Shown piece after piece: positions 30,756-40,761 of a stretch of DNA of 64,000 nt. A program made the position numbers and the translations under genes. A model generated the notes under the pieces. It was not told where the DNA came from and searched no databases. It worked only from the letters and a program-made list of their open reading frames with translations. Numbering within the stretch: the first letter of the stretch is position 1; each line of letters opens with the position of its first letter. The stretch is from Nitrospirota bacterium. GTDB taxonomy: Bacteria; Nitrospirota; UBA9217. The stretch is taken from assembly GCA_963840455.1 (NCBI GenBank), contig CAWIYV010000010.1, forward strand, positions 160,001-224,000. Direction: 5' to 3'.

Positions 30756-31442
30756 TCAGCCTGCAGACTTGTCGGCCCTGTTCTTGCGGAACAATACAAC
30801 ATCATCATCAGGGATGATCAGGTCCGCATTCCATGCGGCGGCCAGCCAGGCAAAGGCCGCAGGAGAGAAAAAGCAGACATGCGTGAGATCGTTCTTATAA
30901 TACCAGCGGGGGAATGCGGCAGGTTCTGCAGCGAATTTTGTCATAATGCCCAGCCAGCCTCCGCACTTCAGGCAGGTCCACAGCCGATCAAGCTCCTTCC
31001 TGGGCTCACGCAGATGCTCCACCACCTCCGAGGCGGTTATGAAGTCGTATTGCAGGTCCAGCGCTGCGGGAGCATGCTCGTAATACTGGTCGAAGATCAT
31101 CATGGAATGCCCGACCTCTTCGAACATCCGGGAAAGCGTTGGCTCGGGACCTGAGCCGAAATCCAGGCCGCTGCTTCCTGGGGCCAGACGCTGCTTAAGG
31201 GGAATGAACAGGCGGCCTAAAAAACGGCGATAATCGGCATTGCCAGGAGAGTTCTGGTGCAGGTCGTACCGCTTCTTTTCGTCCTCTGCGGACAGGAACT
31301 GAGAGGGAGGAACGAATACCAGGCTGCACACTGTGCAGCGCAGGTAGTTCCGGCGCTTGTCCGTGGAGAATTCGCTGACGCCATGTGCCCGGCATAACGG
31401 GCAGGCGATCGTTTCAAGATTTATTCCCGATGAATATCTCAA
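30756..31442 (-). CDS. Class I SAM-dependent methyltransferase with N-terminal Zn ribbon
   Basis: CPLC..CTVC, GLDFGSGP, EVVEH and THVCFFS. Confidence 0.85.
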   Translation of the reverse strand: MRYSSGINLETIACPLCRAHGVSEFSTDKRRNYLRCTVCSLVFVPPSQFLSAEDEKKRYDLHQNSPGNADYRRFLGRLFIPLKQRLAPGSSGLDFGSGPEPTLSRMFEEVGHSMMIFDQYYEHAPAALDLQYDFITASEVVEHLREPRKELDRLWTCLKCGGWLGIMTKFAAEPAAFPRWYYKNDLTHVCFFSPAAFAWLAAAWNADLIIPDDDVVLFRKNRADKSAG

Positions 31443-31525
31443 TGATCAATTCTGACCTCTTGCCATCGCTGCTCTGCATGATCTCGGAGCGGAATAGTAA
31501 TAAAACGCATCCGCGATCGCGGGAA

Positions 31526-32227
31526 CTATGGACAGCCCGGTCCTGATCTGCGCGACTGAGCTTCGACAAAATCGACCAGCAGCTGCTTGACCTCGGGAGC
31601 GACGTCCGTGAACATCAGTCCGTAGTGATAGCCCCCTTCTCCTGAAGTCTGTTGAGTGATCCTGACGATCTTGGCTGACGTCTGTATCCTTGTCGCATCG
31701 GAAAGATGGAACTGGCAGTACAACCGCGTGCCTTCAGCAATACGTTTTCTGGTCTCGATCAACATTCCCGTTGTGCTGATGTTCCGGGTGCGGCAGTAGA
31801 ACGCCTCGTTTCCGAAAAGGCCATCTACGGTCACGCCCGCAAGAACACGGATCGTCTCCCGGACGGCAATATCGAGGAGCTGCTGGGCCTTTGCCATGAA
31901 CAGGACGGGATGGAGCGGCTCGAGCAGTACCGCGTTCACCCTGCACCGCGAGCTTGCCTCGATCGCTTTTGGATCGTTCGCGCAGGACATAATGATCGAG
32001 ACCGTGCGAAGGGCCGGGTCCTCCCGGATCAGGTTGAAGAGCTTTTCGCTCGCCAGACCGGGCAGGACGAGCTTTGTCATGATAAGATCGACCCGCTCCG
32101 CGCGGTGGACCTTCAGCATCTCGTCGTTCGTTGCGGCGACGAACACCTGCAGATCGGTCCGGTCCAGAAAGTTTTTGTCCTGTCCCAGCAGCACGTGGAT
32201 ATCATGGGCGATCAGCACTTTTTTCAT
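31526..32227 (-). CDS. Pseudo-receiver + PilZ domain protein
   Basis: RETIR (RxxxR), NISTTG and YGLMF. The receiver phospho-Asp appears replaced (DLIMTK). Confidence 0.75.
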   Translation of the reverse strand: MKKVLIAHDIHVLLGQDKNFLDRTDLQVFVAATNDEMLKVHRAERVDLIMTKLVLPGLASEKLFNLIREDPALRTVSIIMSCANDPKAIEASSRCRVNAVLLEPLHPVLFMAKAQQLLDIAVRETIRVLAGVTVDGLFGNEAFYCRTRNISTTGMLIETRKRIAEGTRLYCQFHLSDATRIQTSAKIVRITQQTSGEGGYHYGLMFTDVAPEVKQLLVDFVEAQSRRSGPGCP

Positions 32228-32314
32228 AGCGTCTCGGGGGTGCATCCTTGACATCAGCACAGCATACCCATGCGAAGGAGAACAGAGCTGATCTCGCTCG
32301 GATGGGCGTTTGAG

Positions 32315-33799
32315 CTAAGCCTTCGCCACGCGTACGAGGGAGTTATTCTCGTTCAGCCCGTCGATGATGGCGCCGAGGCCCGCCATGTTCTGGAGATAGT
32401 TGAGGGCGTCCTGGGAGATCTCTTCTCCCGGGACCAGGAGCGGGATGCCGGGCGGATAGACCGTCACGATCTCGGTCGAGACCCTGCCCACGGATCCGTT
32501 CACATCCACCAGCTCGCTGTCGGAATAGAAGGCGTCGCGGGGTGTCATGACAAACTTGTTCGTAAGCGCCGGCGGATGGACCCTGTCGAGCGGCAGGAGC
32601 GCGCCCTGGAGCCCGGTCTCCGCCGATATCTGCTGGAGCGCCGCAACGAGGCGGTCCAGGTCATCCTGCCGGTCGCCGATGGAAACGATGACGAGCACGT
32701 GAAAGGGGTCGGCCATCTCCACCTGGATCCCGAACCGGATGTTCAGCATCTGGGATACGTGATAGCCCGAGAGGCCCATGTCCGAAACGGTGATGGTCAG
32801 CTTGGTCACGTCCATGTCGGCCATGCCCGCCTGCTTTGCCTGGTCCTTGGTGAAACAGGTGATGCCCGGGATCCTGTTGATCTTGGCGCGTGCCTCCTCG
32901 GAGAGCTTGATGGTCCGGGTGAGCAGCTTTTTGCCTTCCGTGGCCATCTGCATACGCGCCAGGTCGAGCGACGCCATCAGGATGTACGATGGGCTCGTGG
33001 TCTGGAGGAGCTTCAGGGTGTTCGTCACGTCGTCGATGTTGACCCTGCCGGCGTTGACGTGCAGCATCGACGCCTGGGTCATGCCGCCCACGATCTTGTG
33101 GGTCGACTGGACGCACATGTCCGCTCCGGCCTCGAGGGCGCATTTGGGCAGCTTGGGATTGAACTTGAGGTGCGGGCCGTGAGCCTCGTCCACGAACACC
33201 ATGAGACCCTTTTCGTGGGCGTAGGGGATGATCCTTTCGATGTCCGTACAGAGGCCGTAGTAGTTGGGGCTCGTGATCAGCAAGGCCCGGACGCCGGGAT
33301 TGGCGTCAATGGCGGCCTTGACCGTATCGAACGTGACGTTCAGCGTGAGCTTGAGGTCCCGGTCGAAGGTCGGCTGGAAGAAGATCGGCGTTGCCCCGCT
33401 CATGATCAGGCCGGTCAGCACGGACCGGTGGCAGTTCCGGGCGATCAGGACCTTGTCGCCCGGCCCGGTGGTTGCCGCAACCATAGCATGGTTCCCCACC
33501 GTCGTCCCGTTGACCAGGAAATAGGAGCGGTCGGCCCCTGCCGCCTTGGCAGCCAGCTCCTGGGCCTCTTTGATGACGCCCGTCGGGTTCTGGAGCGAAT
33601 CGACCTCGTCCAACGTGGTGAGGTCGATCGAGAAGACGCGCGGCCCCACGAACTTGCGGAACCGGGTTGCAATGCCTTTGCCGCTCTTATGTCCGGGGGT
33701 ATGAAAGGAGACCTTGCGGCTTTCCGCGAGGTTGACCATGGCGTCGAACAGCGGAGTGCGGAGCTGTTCTTCGTCGAATCGGGGAGGGGGGTGGCTCAT
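32315..33799 (-). CDS. PLP-dependent arginine/lysine/ornithine decarboxylase
   Basis: SFHTPGHK, NCHRS, VDEAHG, QSTHK, TTSPSY and YPPGIP; clustered with speE and speD. Confidence 0.9.
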   Translation of the reverse strand: MSHPPPRFDEEQLRTPLFDAMVNLAESRKVSFHTPGHKSGKGIATRFRKFVGPRVFSIDLTTLDEVDSLQNPTGVIKEAQELAAKAAGADRSYFLVNGTTVGNHAMVAATTGPGDKVLIARNCHRSVLTGLIMSGATPIFFQPTFDRDLKLTLNVTFDTVKAAIDANPGVRALLITSPNYYGLCTDIERIIPYAHEKGLMVFVDEAHGPHLKFNPKLPKCALEAGADMCVQSTHKIVGGMTQASMLHVNAGRVNIDDVTNTLKLLQTTSPSYILMASLDLARMQMATEGKKLLTRTIKLSEEARAKINRIPGITCFTKDQAKQAGMADMDVTKLTITVSDMGLSGYHVSQMLNIRFGIQVEMADPFHVLVIVSIGDRQDDLDRLVAALQQISAETGLQGALLPLDRVHPPALTNKFVMTPRDAFYSDSELVDVNGSVGRVSTEIVTVYPPGIPLLVPGEEISQDALNYLQNMAGLGAIIDGLNENNSLVRVAKA

Positions 33800-33805
33800 G
33801 GCCGT

Positions 33806-34726
33806 TTAATGATAGGTGAAGAGCGGAGCATTATCCTCGATGATCTGCGTCTGCTCGGCCAGTGCCTTGCGGATATGCTTGGGAAGGTTGAACTGGCCCA
33901 GGTTCGTGATGCCGTCATAGAACCGGTTCTCGCCCTTGATCCGCTTCTTGATCATGTCGTCCACTTCCTGGGGCGTGAACTTCCGGGGATCGCGGTTCTT
34001 GGACGCCAGGGTGAAGCCCCAGGGGAGGGCAAAGGACGGGATCGGCACGCCGTAGGGCGCCACCACCGGGAAAACAGCTTCCAGCGTCTTATTGACCGCT
34101 GTGAAGTTTAGGAGCTGGTGGAGCGCCGTGGTGCCTGCCTGCAGGGAGATGGTCCCGTCGGGTGAGAGGCGTTCCTTCACGATCTCGTAGAACTCGCGGG
34201 TGAACAGGAGGTAGGCTGGCCCCTCCTCCACGGGCTCGGAGATATCGATGATGATGGCATCGTAGGTGTCGTTGGTCTCTTCGAGGTACTTCCGGGCGTC
34301 CATGAAGCGGAGGTCGGTACGCGGGTCGTCGAAGGCGCCCTGGTGCCACTCGGGCAGCATTTCCTTCGACTTTTCAACAACTTCCTGGTCGATATCGACC
34401 ATCATGCAGTATTCTACACTCTTGTGCCGGAGCACTTCCCGGAGCGTTGCCCCCTCGCCGCCGCCCACGATGAACACCCGCTTGGGGTTGGGGTGGCAGA
34501 GCAGGGCAGGGTGCACCAGCGCCTCGTGGTAGATGAACTCGTCAGTGATGGAGGACTGCATCTTGCCGTCCAGCACGAGGCACCGGCCGTAACTGCCGCT
34601 GTCCATGATCTCCATCCGCTGATACTTGGTCTGGCTGGCATAGTGGATCATGCGGATGCCATGGAGGTGCCCCTCTTCGGGGCTCGTGTACTCAATGAAC
34701 CATTTGTAGCTCTTCGGCTCGATCAT
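33806..34726 (-). CDS. speE: Polyamine aminopropyltransferase (spermidine synthase)
   Basis: LDGKMQ, DEFIYHEALVH, GGGEGATLRE and IIIDISEP. Confidence 0.92.
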   Translation of the reverse strand: MIEPKSYKWFIEYTSPEEGHLHGIRMIHYASQTKYQRMEIMDSGSYGRCLVLDGKMQSSITDEFIYHEALVHPALLCHPNPKRVFIVGGGEGATLREVLRHKSVEYCMMVDIDQEVVEKSKEMLPEWHQGAFDDPRTDLRFMDARKYLEETNDTYDAIIIDISEPVEEGPAYLLFTREFYEIVKERLSPDGTISLQAGTTALHQLLNFTAVNKTLEAVFPVVAPYGVPIPSFALPWGFTLASKNRDPRKFTPQEVDDMIKKRIKGENRFYDGITNLGQFNLPKHIRKALAEQTQIIEDNAPLFTYH

Positions 34727-35121
34727 GCGTACGCGGGCTCCTGAAGCGTTACCTTGTGCGGCAGCTTCGCGTGGCCCAGCACGCCCCGCTTCATCTCGAC
34801 GATGGAGGGGTTCTTGCACTCGAACTTTTCGATGAGAAATTTTGCGGCGACCTTCGGGTCGATCAGGTCCCCGCAGGTGAAGACGTCTACTGCGGCGTAG
34901 CCGTATTCCGGCCAGGTGTGGATGGCAAGGTGAGATTCTGCAATGACAACCATTCCGCTGATGCCAAAGGGGCTGAACTCGTGAAAAGCGACCTCGACAA
35001 TTGTCGCCTTTGCCTCCAATGCGGCACTTTTCATTGCGTCCGTCACAAACTCCAGATTACTCAGGGTCTTGGGGTTGCAGTCCCGCAACTCCAACAGCAG
35101 GTGTGTTCCCAACGCTTGCAA
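34723..35121 (-). CDS. speD: S-adenosylmethionine decarboxylase proenzyme
   Basis: LGTHLL, FSPFG, AESHLAIHTWPE and DVFTCG; TTG start behind AAGGAGG. Confidence 0.92.
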   Translation of the reverse strand: MQALGTHLLLELRDCNPKTLSNLEFVTDAMKSAALEAKATIVEVAFHEFSPFGISGMVVIAESHLAIHTWPEYGYAAVDVFTCGDLIDPKVAAKFLIEKFECKNPSIVEMKRGVLGHAKLPHKVTLQEPAYA

Positions 35122-35722
35122 CCTGTTTGCCTCCTTCTCCGCCCGCCGGAAGCTCCCGGGCTTGCCTCCCGGATCAGCGAGCACCGCCTCCCGCTCCCGC
35201 AGGAGGGCTGTGTTCGTTAGCACCTGTCCGCCCTGACCTCGGGCGGCGCCTTCACATCGAAAAGTTGATTGTTATTTATCAAAATCATCACGGTCTGTCA
35301 ATAAAAAACATCACGGAGGCTCATTTTTTTTCATGAGCGCCTCTCGTGTCGCCGCGACGGACGATTGAGCGAGTCTCGCGGCGGCATTTTCCCAAGCTAG
35401 CTACCCTCCCCCGGCTCCGAGAGCATCGCGAGAGGTCGTCAGAGAGCGGTGAGAGCGGGAAAGTTCTCATTCACGGACCCGAGCGAACGCTTCGAGGACC
35501 CCGAGAGCGCCGCCGGAGGCCGGGTGGATGCCTCTCGGGAAGAAAATTTCCTTCAGCAGACCTGAACTGCCTCCTCGTGGCCACGGCGGCAGTAAAAAAC
35601 ACTTTACAACCTCCCGCAGGTGCTTTATATTGCGTCTCGCGCCGCCGGAGCCGGCCAAGCTTGCAGGTTCACTCCCTTCTGGCTCCTGGCTCCTCACTAC
35701 TGTCTGCTGGAGGTTTTCTCCC

Positions 35723-36388
35723 ATGTTGAACGAAAAAGGTTTCGTCGAGATCGCGTCGGTGCTCGTGAACCCGGAGATCTTCACCCGTCCCTACTCCTGC
35801 GACGTGGAAAAGTACGGCTGCAAGTCCATGTGCTGCTACCGTTCCTGCATCGTCCCGCCCCATGAGGCGAAAAAGATCGAGGAGCACCGGGACGGGATCC
35901 TGGCCTACCTCTCCCCGGAGAACCGGGAGGCCATCAAGAAGAACGGCGGGATCCTCGCCCTATGCGAGAAGCAGTGCCCCACGGGCTGCGTGATCCACGA
36001 GGACGAGGCCCGGGCCATCCGGAGGAACTTCGGCGGAGCGGACTTTCGCTGTGTCCTGCTGTTCAACAACGACTGTTCTCTCATCTATTCGAACAAGCAG
36101 GGGCTACGGTACTGCGCCGTCCATACCTATGCCATCGAGAAGGGCATGGTCTGGGAGGAGTTCAAGTTCGCCGACTGCGTCCAGTACCCCCTCTCGTTCT
36201 ACACCACCGAGGACGGCAGAAAGGTGATGTCCATCCAGGACACGCCGTACCTGAACCATATCCCCTGCATGAAGGACCCCCAGGGCGAGCCCATGTACAA
36301 GAGCCTCAAGAAGACCATCGAGACGTTCCTGGGCAAGGACTTTTACAAAGAGCTCGCCAGCCACGCCGGGAAACGGCACAATAAGTAA
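35723..36388 (+). CDS. Cys-rich DUF3109-like protein
   Basis: CDVEKYGCKSMCC, CAVHTYAIEKG and CVQYPL; GGAGG RBS. Confidence 0.6.
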   Translation: MLNEKGFVEIASVLVNPEIFTRPYSCDVEKYGCKSMCCYRSCIVPPHEAKKIEEHRDGILAYLSPENREAIKKNGGILALCEKQCPTGCVIHEDEARAIRRNFGGADFRCVLLFNNDCSLIYSNKQGLRYCAVHTYAIEKGMVWEEFKFADCVQYPLSFYTTEDGRKVMSIQDTPYLNHIPCMKDPQGEPMYKSLKKTIETFLGKDFYKELASHAGKRHNK

Positions 36389-36441
36389 CATCGTTTCACC
36401 TGTACCGTCCCGGGCGGCAACTGTGGTATAATCCTCATCTA

Positions 36442-37212
36442 ATGGGTACTCTTTTCCTCAGCTTCCTGGTCGCCATCGGCGGCGCCGTGGGTCTCGTGAT
36501 CATGAGCAGGACCTTCGACCTCGAGACCTACACGACCCGGGTCTTCCCCCTCATCCCCATCCTGTACGCCATTGTCTACGAAATGCTCGAGAAACGGAAA
36601 ACCGGCAAAGCCAAGCCGATCCCGCCGTCCCAGGCAAAAGAAGAGATGAAGGCGGCTGCAGCCACCATCTTCCAGAACATCACTGTTGAACGGATCGTCC
36701 TCGACGTCGGCGTAAGCTATATGATAAAGTTTGGCTTGGAGGTCGTACTGACCGCCGTCTACCTCTCGGTCGGCGAGCACTCCTTCGCCGATGCTTACGG
36801 TGCCTTCAATATTGAGACCGTGGGCAGGTTCCTGCGGGGAGACCATCCCTGGCTGGGCGGAAGCGAGGGCGTGCTGATCCTCGCACTCATTGCGCTCATT
36901 ACGGGCCTCGGCACCGGCCTCTGGATCGGCTCCACCACCAGGGCCCTGCCCATCCTCGAAGGCGTCGTCGCCGGCGCGGTCGTCACGGTGATCACCACCA
37001 TGACCAACCTTATCGTCCTGTACCGCCATATCGAGAAGCTCGCGGAGGAGACCGTGCAGACCTTCGGTTATGTCACCCACATCGGGTTCGCCGTCGTCAT
37101 CTCCCTCCAGGTCCTGCTCTACGGCCTCTGGAGCGGCATGGCCTACCGCGCGAAGTGCAAGCGCGAGGCCCGCGCAGCCGCAAAAAAGGCCGCCAAGAAG
37201 TCCCGGAAGTAG
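36442..37212 (+). CDS. Hypothetical multi-pass membrane protein
   Basis: About 6 hydrophobic segments and a basic C-terminal tail; TATAAT 9 nt upstream of the ATG. Confidence 0.75.
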   Translation: MGTLFLSFLVAIGGAVGLVIMSRTFDLETYTTRVFPLIPILYAIVYEMLEKRKTGKAKPIPPSQAKEEMKAAAATIFQNITVERIVLDVGVSYMIKFGLEVVLTAVYLSVGEHSFADAYGAFNIETVGRFLRGDHPWLGGSEGVLILALIALITGLGTGLWIGSTTRALPILEGVVAGAVVTVITTMTNLIVLYRHIEKLAEETVQTFGYVTHIGFAVVISLQVLLYGLWSGMAYRAKCKREARAAAKKAAKKSRK

Positions 37213-37390
37213 CCTCTTTCCTTCCTTCACGCCTATACCCTGTCAATACCATTGAAGGCCAAGGCGCAACCAGAAGCAGACGCTTCTCATCAAGGTTGCG
37301 AGGACGTCTCTGAAGGAACAGGCCGATCTTTTGCCTTTCTTCGCGGCTTCGCGGTGAAATCGGTTTTCCCTTGCTGTTTATGCTTCTGAA

Positions 37391-37852
37391 TTACATGAAT
37401 CTTCGGGTATCGAGGTAGTGCATTTCCCAGAAGGGGTCGGTGATGCTGTCCCGGCGGACGTGGCCGCCGGTGCTGGGGGCGTGAACGAACTGGTCATTGC
37501 CGACATAGATGCCGACGTGGGAGTATTTCTTGCCTTCCTGGATAAAGAACAGCAGGTCGCCCTTGCGGGCGTTCCGGAGCCCCACGGAGCGGGTGCTGTT
37601 CCTGAGCGCCGAGGTCCCGTGGGGCACGTCCATCCCTGCCGTGAGATAGCTGTACCGCACCAGGCCGCTGCAGTCGAACCCTCCGGGCGTTTCGCCCTTG
37701 AACTTGTAGGGCCGGCCGATCATGGCGAGCGCCGTATCCGCGGCCTTGTCGCCCGCCGATGCGGAGTAACCGGTTACCCGCTTTGACGGCGCAGCGGCAC
37801 AACCGGCAGCAAGAAGCCCGGCGATGCCCAGTATGATCAGGGCTTTTCGCAT
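37391..37852 (-). CDS. NlpC/P60 (C40) peptidase lipoprotein
   Basis: Lipobox LAAGC, GRPY, FDCSG, GDLLFF, SHVGIY and FVHAPS. Confidence 0.92.
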   Translation of the reverse strand: MRKALIILGIAGLLAAGCAAAPSKRVTGYSASAGDKAADTALAMIGRPYKFKGETPGGFDCSGLVRYSYLTAGMDVPHGTSALRNSTRSVGLRNARKGDLLFFIQEGKKYSHVGIYVGNDQFVHAPSTGGHVRRDSITDPFWEMHYLDTRRFM

Positions 37853-37997
37853 TCTCTCTCCAGGAACCGCCACATAGTAACGGGTGCGGCCGGTGAAGTC
37901 AATGGCCGTCGAAGCCCCCGCGCAAACCCTGTTCCCTTGCTCCCGCCTTCCCAGAAATCCCTTGACCCTGCCGAAGCTCCCTGTTATAGTTTTGCGC

Positions 37998-39932
37998 ATG
38001 AAGCACAGGATCACCTTCAGCCCCGACAGCGTCACCATCGACATGGAGCACAACGGCAGCCTCTTCAAGGCCGCCAAGGCAGCCGGGGTCTATGTGCTCT
38101 CCTCATGCGGCGGCAAGGGCAACTGCGGGAAGTGCAAGGTCATCGTGAAGCAAGGCACCGTGGAGCCTGGTAAATCCCGTTCGTATCTCAGCACCGAAGA
38201 AGCGGAGCGTGGCTACGTCCTGGCTTGCCACAGCCGCGTCCTGACCGATCTGACCGTGGAGATCCCGCCAGAGTCCCGGATGCAGGCAAAGCACAAGATC
38301 GCGACGGGCGCCAACACCGAAGCACTGTTCAAGCTCCTGAGCGAGGCAGGCGGCTGCCTCGACTCCCGCATCATCCGCGTCTATATGGAGCTTTCCCCTC
38401 CCACCCTGGACGATAACATCGCTGACGTTGAACGCATTCGCCGCGGCCTCGACGAACGGGGCTTCGAGGCTGACAACCTGCACATGAACTTCATGGTCCT
38501 CCGGAAGCTGTCCAGCGTCCTGCGCGAAGCGGAATGGAAGATCACGATCTCGATCTTCAACGTGGGGGATGTCACCGAGGTGCTGGACATCTTCCCGGGC
38601 AACGTGACCAAGTCGCGCTTCGGTGCTGCCGTGGACATCGGCACCACCACGCTCGTCGTGTACCTTGTGAACATGACAACCGGCCAGATCGTCGACACCG
38701 CGTCATTGTACAACCCCCAGGTGAAGTGCGGCGACGACGTGATCTCCCGCATCGTCTACGCCACCGAGAAGAACGGCCTCCAGGAGCTCCAGGACCTGGC
38801 CGTGGGCAGCGTCAGCACGATGCTCACGGAGCTGGCGCACAAGCACGGCATCGACCCGGCCATGATCGACTACCTCGTGGTTGCCGGGAACACCACCATG
38901 AACCACCTGTTCTACGGCATCAACCCGCAGTACATCCGCGAAGAACCGTACATCCCCACGGCCACCTTCTTCCCGCTCATCCGCGGAAAGAGTGTGGGCC
39001 TCTCGATCGACCCCCAGGCCGTCGTCTACGCCCTGCCGAACGTGGCCAGCTACGTTGGCGGCGACATTACGGCCGGCGTACTCGTCTCGCAGATGCACAA
39101 GCAGGAGAAGGTCTCGCTCTTCATCGATGTGGGCACCAACGGCGAGATCGTGCTTGGGAACAAGGAGTGGCTTGTGACCGCGGCCTGCTCCGCGGGGCCC
39201 GCCTTCGAGGGGAGCGGCATCAAGTTCGGCATGCGCGCCATGGAAGGCGCCATTGAGGAGGTGGAGATCGACCCGAAGACCTACGAGGTGAACTACCAGG
39301 TCATCGGTGACGCGAAGCCCATCGGCATCTGCGGCTCGGGTATGATCGACGCCCTGGCAGAGATGTACCTGACCGGCGTCATCGACCAGAAGGGCAAGAT
39401 CCGCGAGGAGATCAAGTCCAAGCGTATCCGGCGGGGCGAGAACGGCCTCGAGTTCGTTCTCGCCTGGCGGGTGGAAGGCGCCATCAACAAGGAGATCGTG
39501 CTGACCGAGGTGGACCTGGACAACCTGATCCGCGCCAAGGCAGCCATCTACGCCGGCTTCGGCACCCTGCTTGCGCACATGGAGATGACCTTCGCCGACG
39601 TGGACAAGATCTTCATCGCCGGCGGGTTCGGACGGTATATCGACGTGGAGCGCGCTATCACCATCGGCCTTCTGCCCGACCTCCCCGTGGACCGGTTCCA
39701 GTTCCTCGGCAATACCTCCATCATGGGCGCCTACTACGCGCTCCTGTGCGACCGGCTGCGCCACGAGGCCGAGGCCATCGCGCGCCGGATGACCTACGTG
39801 GAGCTCTCGGTCTCGCGGAGCTTCATGGACGAGTACATGTCCGCCCTCTTCCTGCCCCACACGAACCTCGACGCGTTCCCCACGGTAAAGCACCAGATGA
39901 GGAAGGCGAAGACCTGGTATCCTCCCGAGTAG
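37998..39932 (+). CDS. RACo/AcsV-type ATP-dependent corrinoid reductive activator (2Fe-2S + ASKHA, DUF4445)
   Basis: CGGKGNCGKC..LAC, DIGTTT, GDDVISRI, DVGTNGE, AGPAFEG, GICGSG and AGGFG. Confidence 0.92.
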   Translation: MKHRITFSPDSVTIDMEHNGSLFKAAKAAGVYVLSSCGGKGNCGKCKVIVKQGTVEPGKSRSYLSTEEAERGYVLACHSRVLTDLTVEIPPESRMQAKHKIATGANTEALFKLLSEAGGCLDSRIIRVYMELSPPTLDDNIADVERIRRGLDERGFEADNLHMNFMVLRKLSSVLREAEWKITISIFNVGDVTEVLDIFPGNVTKSRFGAAVDIGTTTLVVYLVNMTTGQIVDTASLYNPQVKCGDDVISRIVYATEKNGLQELQDLAVGSVSTMLTELAHKHGIDPAMIDYLVVAGNTTMNHLFYGINPQYIREEPYIPTATFFPLIRGKSVGLSIDPQAVVYALPNVASYVGGDITAGVLVSQMHKQEKVSLFIDVGTNGEIVLGNKEWLVTAACSAGPAFEGSGIKFGMRAMEGAIEEVEIDPKTYEVNYQVIGDAKPIGICGSGMIDALAEMYLTGVIDQKGKIREEIKSKRIRRGENGLEFVLAWRVEGAINKEIVLTEVDLDNLIRAKAAIYAGFGTLLAHMEMTFADVDKIFIAGGFGRYIDVERAITIGLLPDLPVDRFQFLGNTSIMGAYYALLCDRLRHEAEAIARRMTYVELSVSRSFMDEYMSALFLPHTNLDAFPTVKHQMRKAKTWYPPE

Positions 39933-39973
39933 AACATCCTCGTACTACCGCCAATCAAAAAGATTGTCCGGTA

Positions 39974-40072
39974 TTGAAGCTCCCTGCAGCAAACTACAGG
40001 GAATTTTCGAGCCTCAGGGTGGTTCTGTTTATTCTAATCACTCACATTCCGCGCAGGAAGCTCAGGGATTTG
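39974..40072. repeat. ~100-nt two-hairpin interspersed repeat, copy 2
   Basis: TTGAAGCTCCCTGCAGCAAACTACAGGGAATTTTCGAGCCTCAGGGTGG..TGTTTATTCTAATCACTCAC. Confidence 0.8.
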
Positions 40073-40150
40073 ACCAGCAGCTCTGTTTCAGTATAGGCAT
40101 GATGTTGTTCATGGTCAAGCGGTTCGCGCAATCGCGGTTGTCGTTCCCTG

Positions 40151-40690
40151 TTACAGCAGCTTGCCCATCAGTACCTCGTTGATGAGCTCCCTCCCCACCT
40201 GGATACGGTTCTTCCTGACGCCTTCTTCAGCAAAGCCGGCCTTGGTGAACATGCCAAGGGAATGCTTGTTGGTGGTGAAGATGTTCGCCTCGAGCTTCTT
40301 GAATCCCTTCTCGCGGGCCCAGCTGACGGCGTAGTCGAGCATATGCGACCCGATGCCGAGCCCCCGGAAGGCCTCGCGGAGATGGAGCCCCACGTGCAGG
40401 ATGTGGGTCGTTTCCGGCCTCCTCCCGCCGTCGGCCTGCAAGGCCGCGAGGCAGCCGACCACCTCTTCGCCGGTGGCAGCCACGATCAGGAGGTTCTTCG
40501 CGCTGTCCAGACCGCTGATATACTCCCGCTCCGCTTCAACATCCTTGCCGTAGTGCTCCATCAGGACGTAGCTTCGCTCCATGGCGTTGGACCGCACTGT
40601 ATCGATGATCGCGCAGGAGTCGTCAGCCTGCGCCGGCCGGATGGTCACTTCCAGCCCGCCCTTCGCCGTAAATTTCCTCTGCGTATCCAT
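40151..40690 (-). CDS. GNAT family N-acetyltransferase
   Basis: FRGLGIGS, N..S..MFTKAGF and EEG motifs. Confidence 0.9.
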   Translation of the reverse strand: MDTQRKFTAKGGLEVTIRPAQADDSCAIIDTVRSNAMERSYVLMEHYGKDVEAEREYISGLDSAKNLLIVAATGEEVVGCLAALQADGGRRPETTHILHVGLHLREAFRGLGIGSHMLDYAVSWAREKGFKKLEANIFTTNKHSLGMFTKAGFAEEGVRKNRIQVGRELINEVLMGKLL

Positions 40691-40761
40691 TGCCCCCTCC
40701 TCTCGGTTCCCCTTGTCGTATTATATCCCTCGGCCTTGATCAAGCGCAAGGAGCGGTCGGC

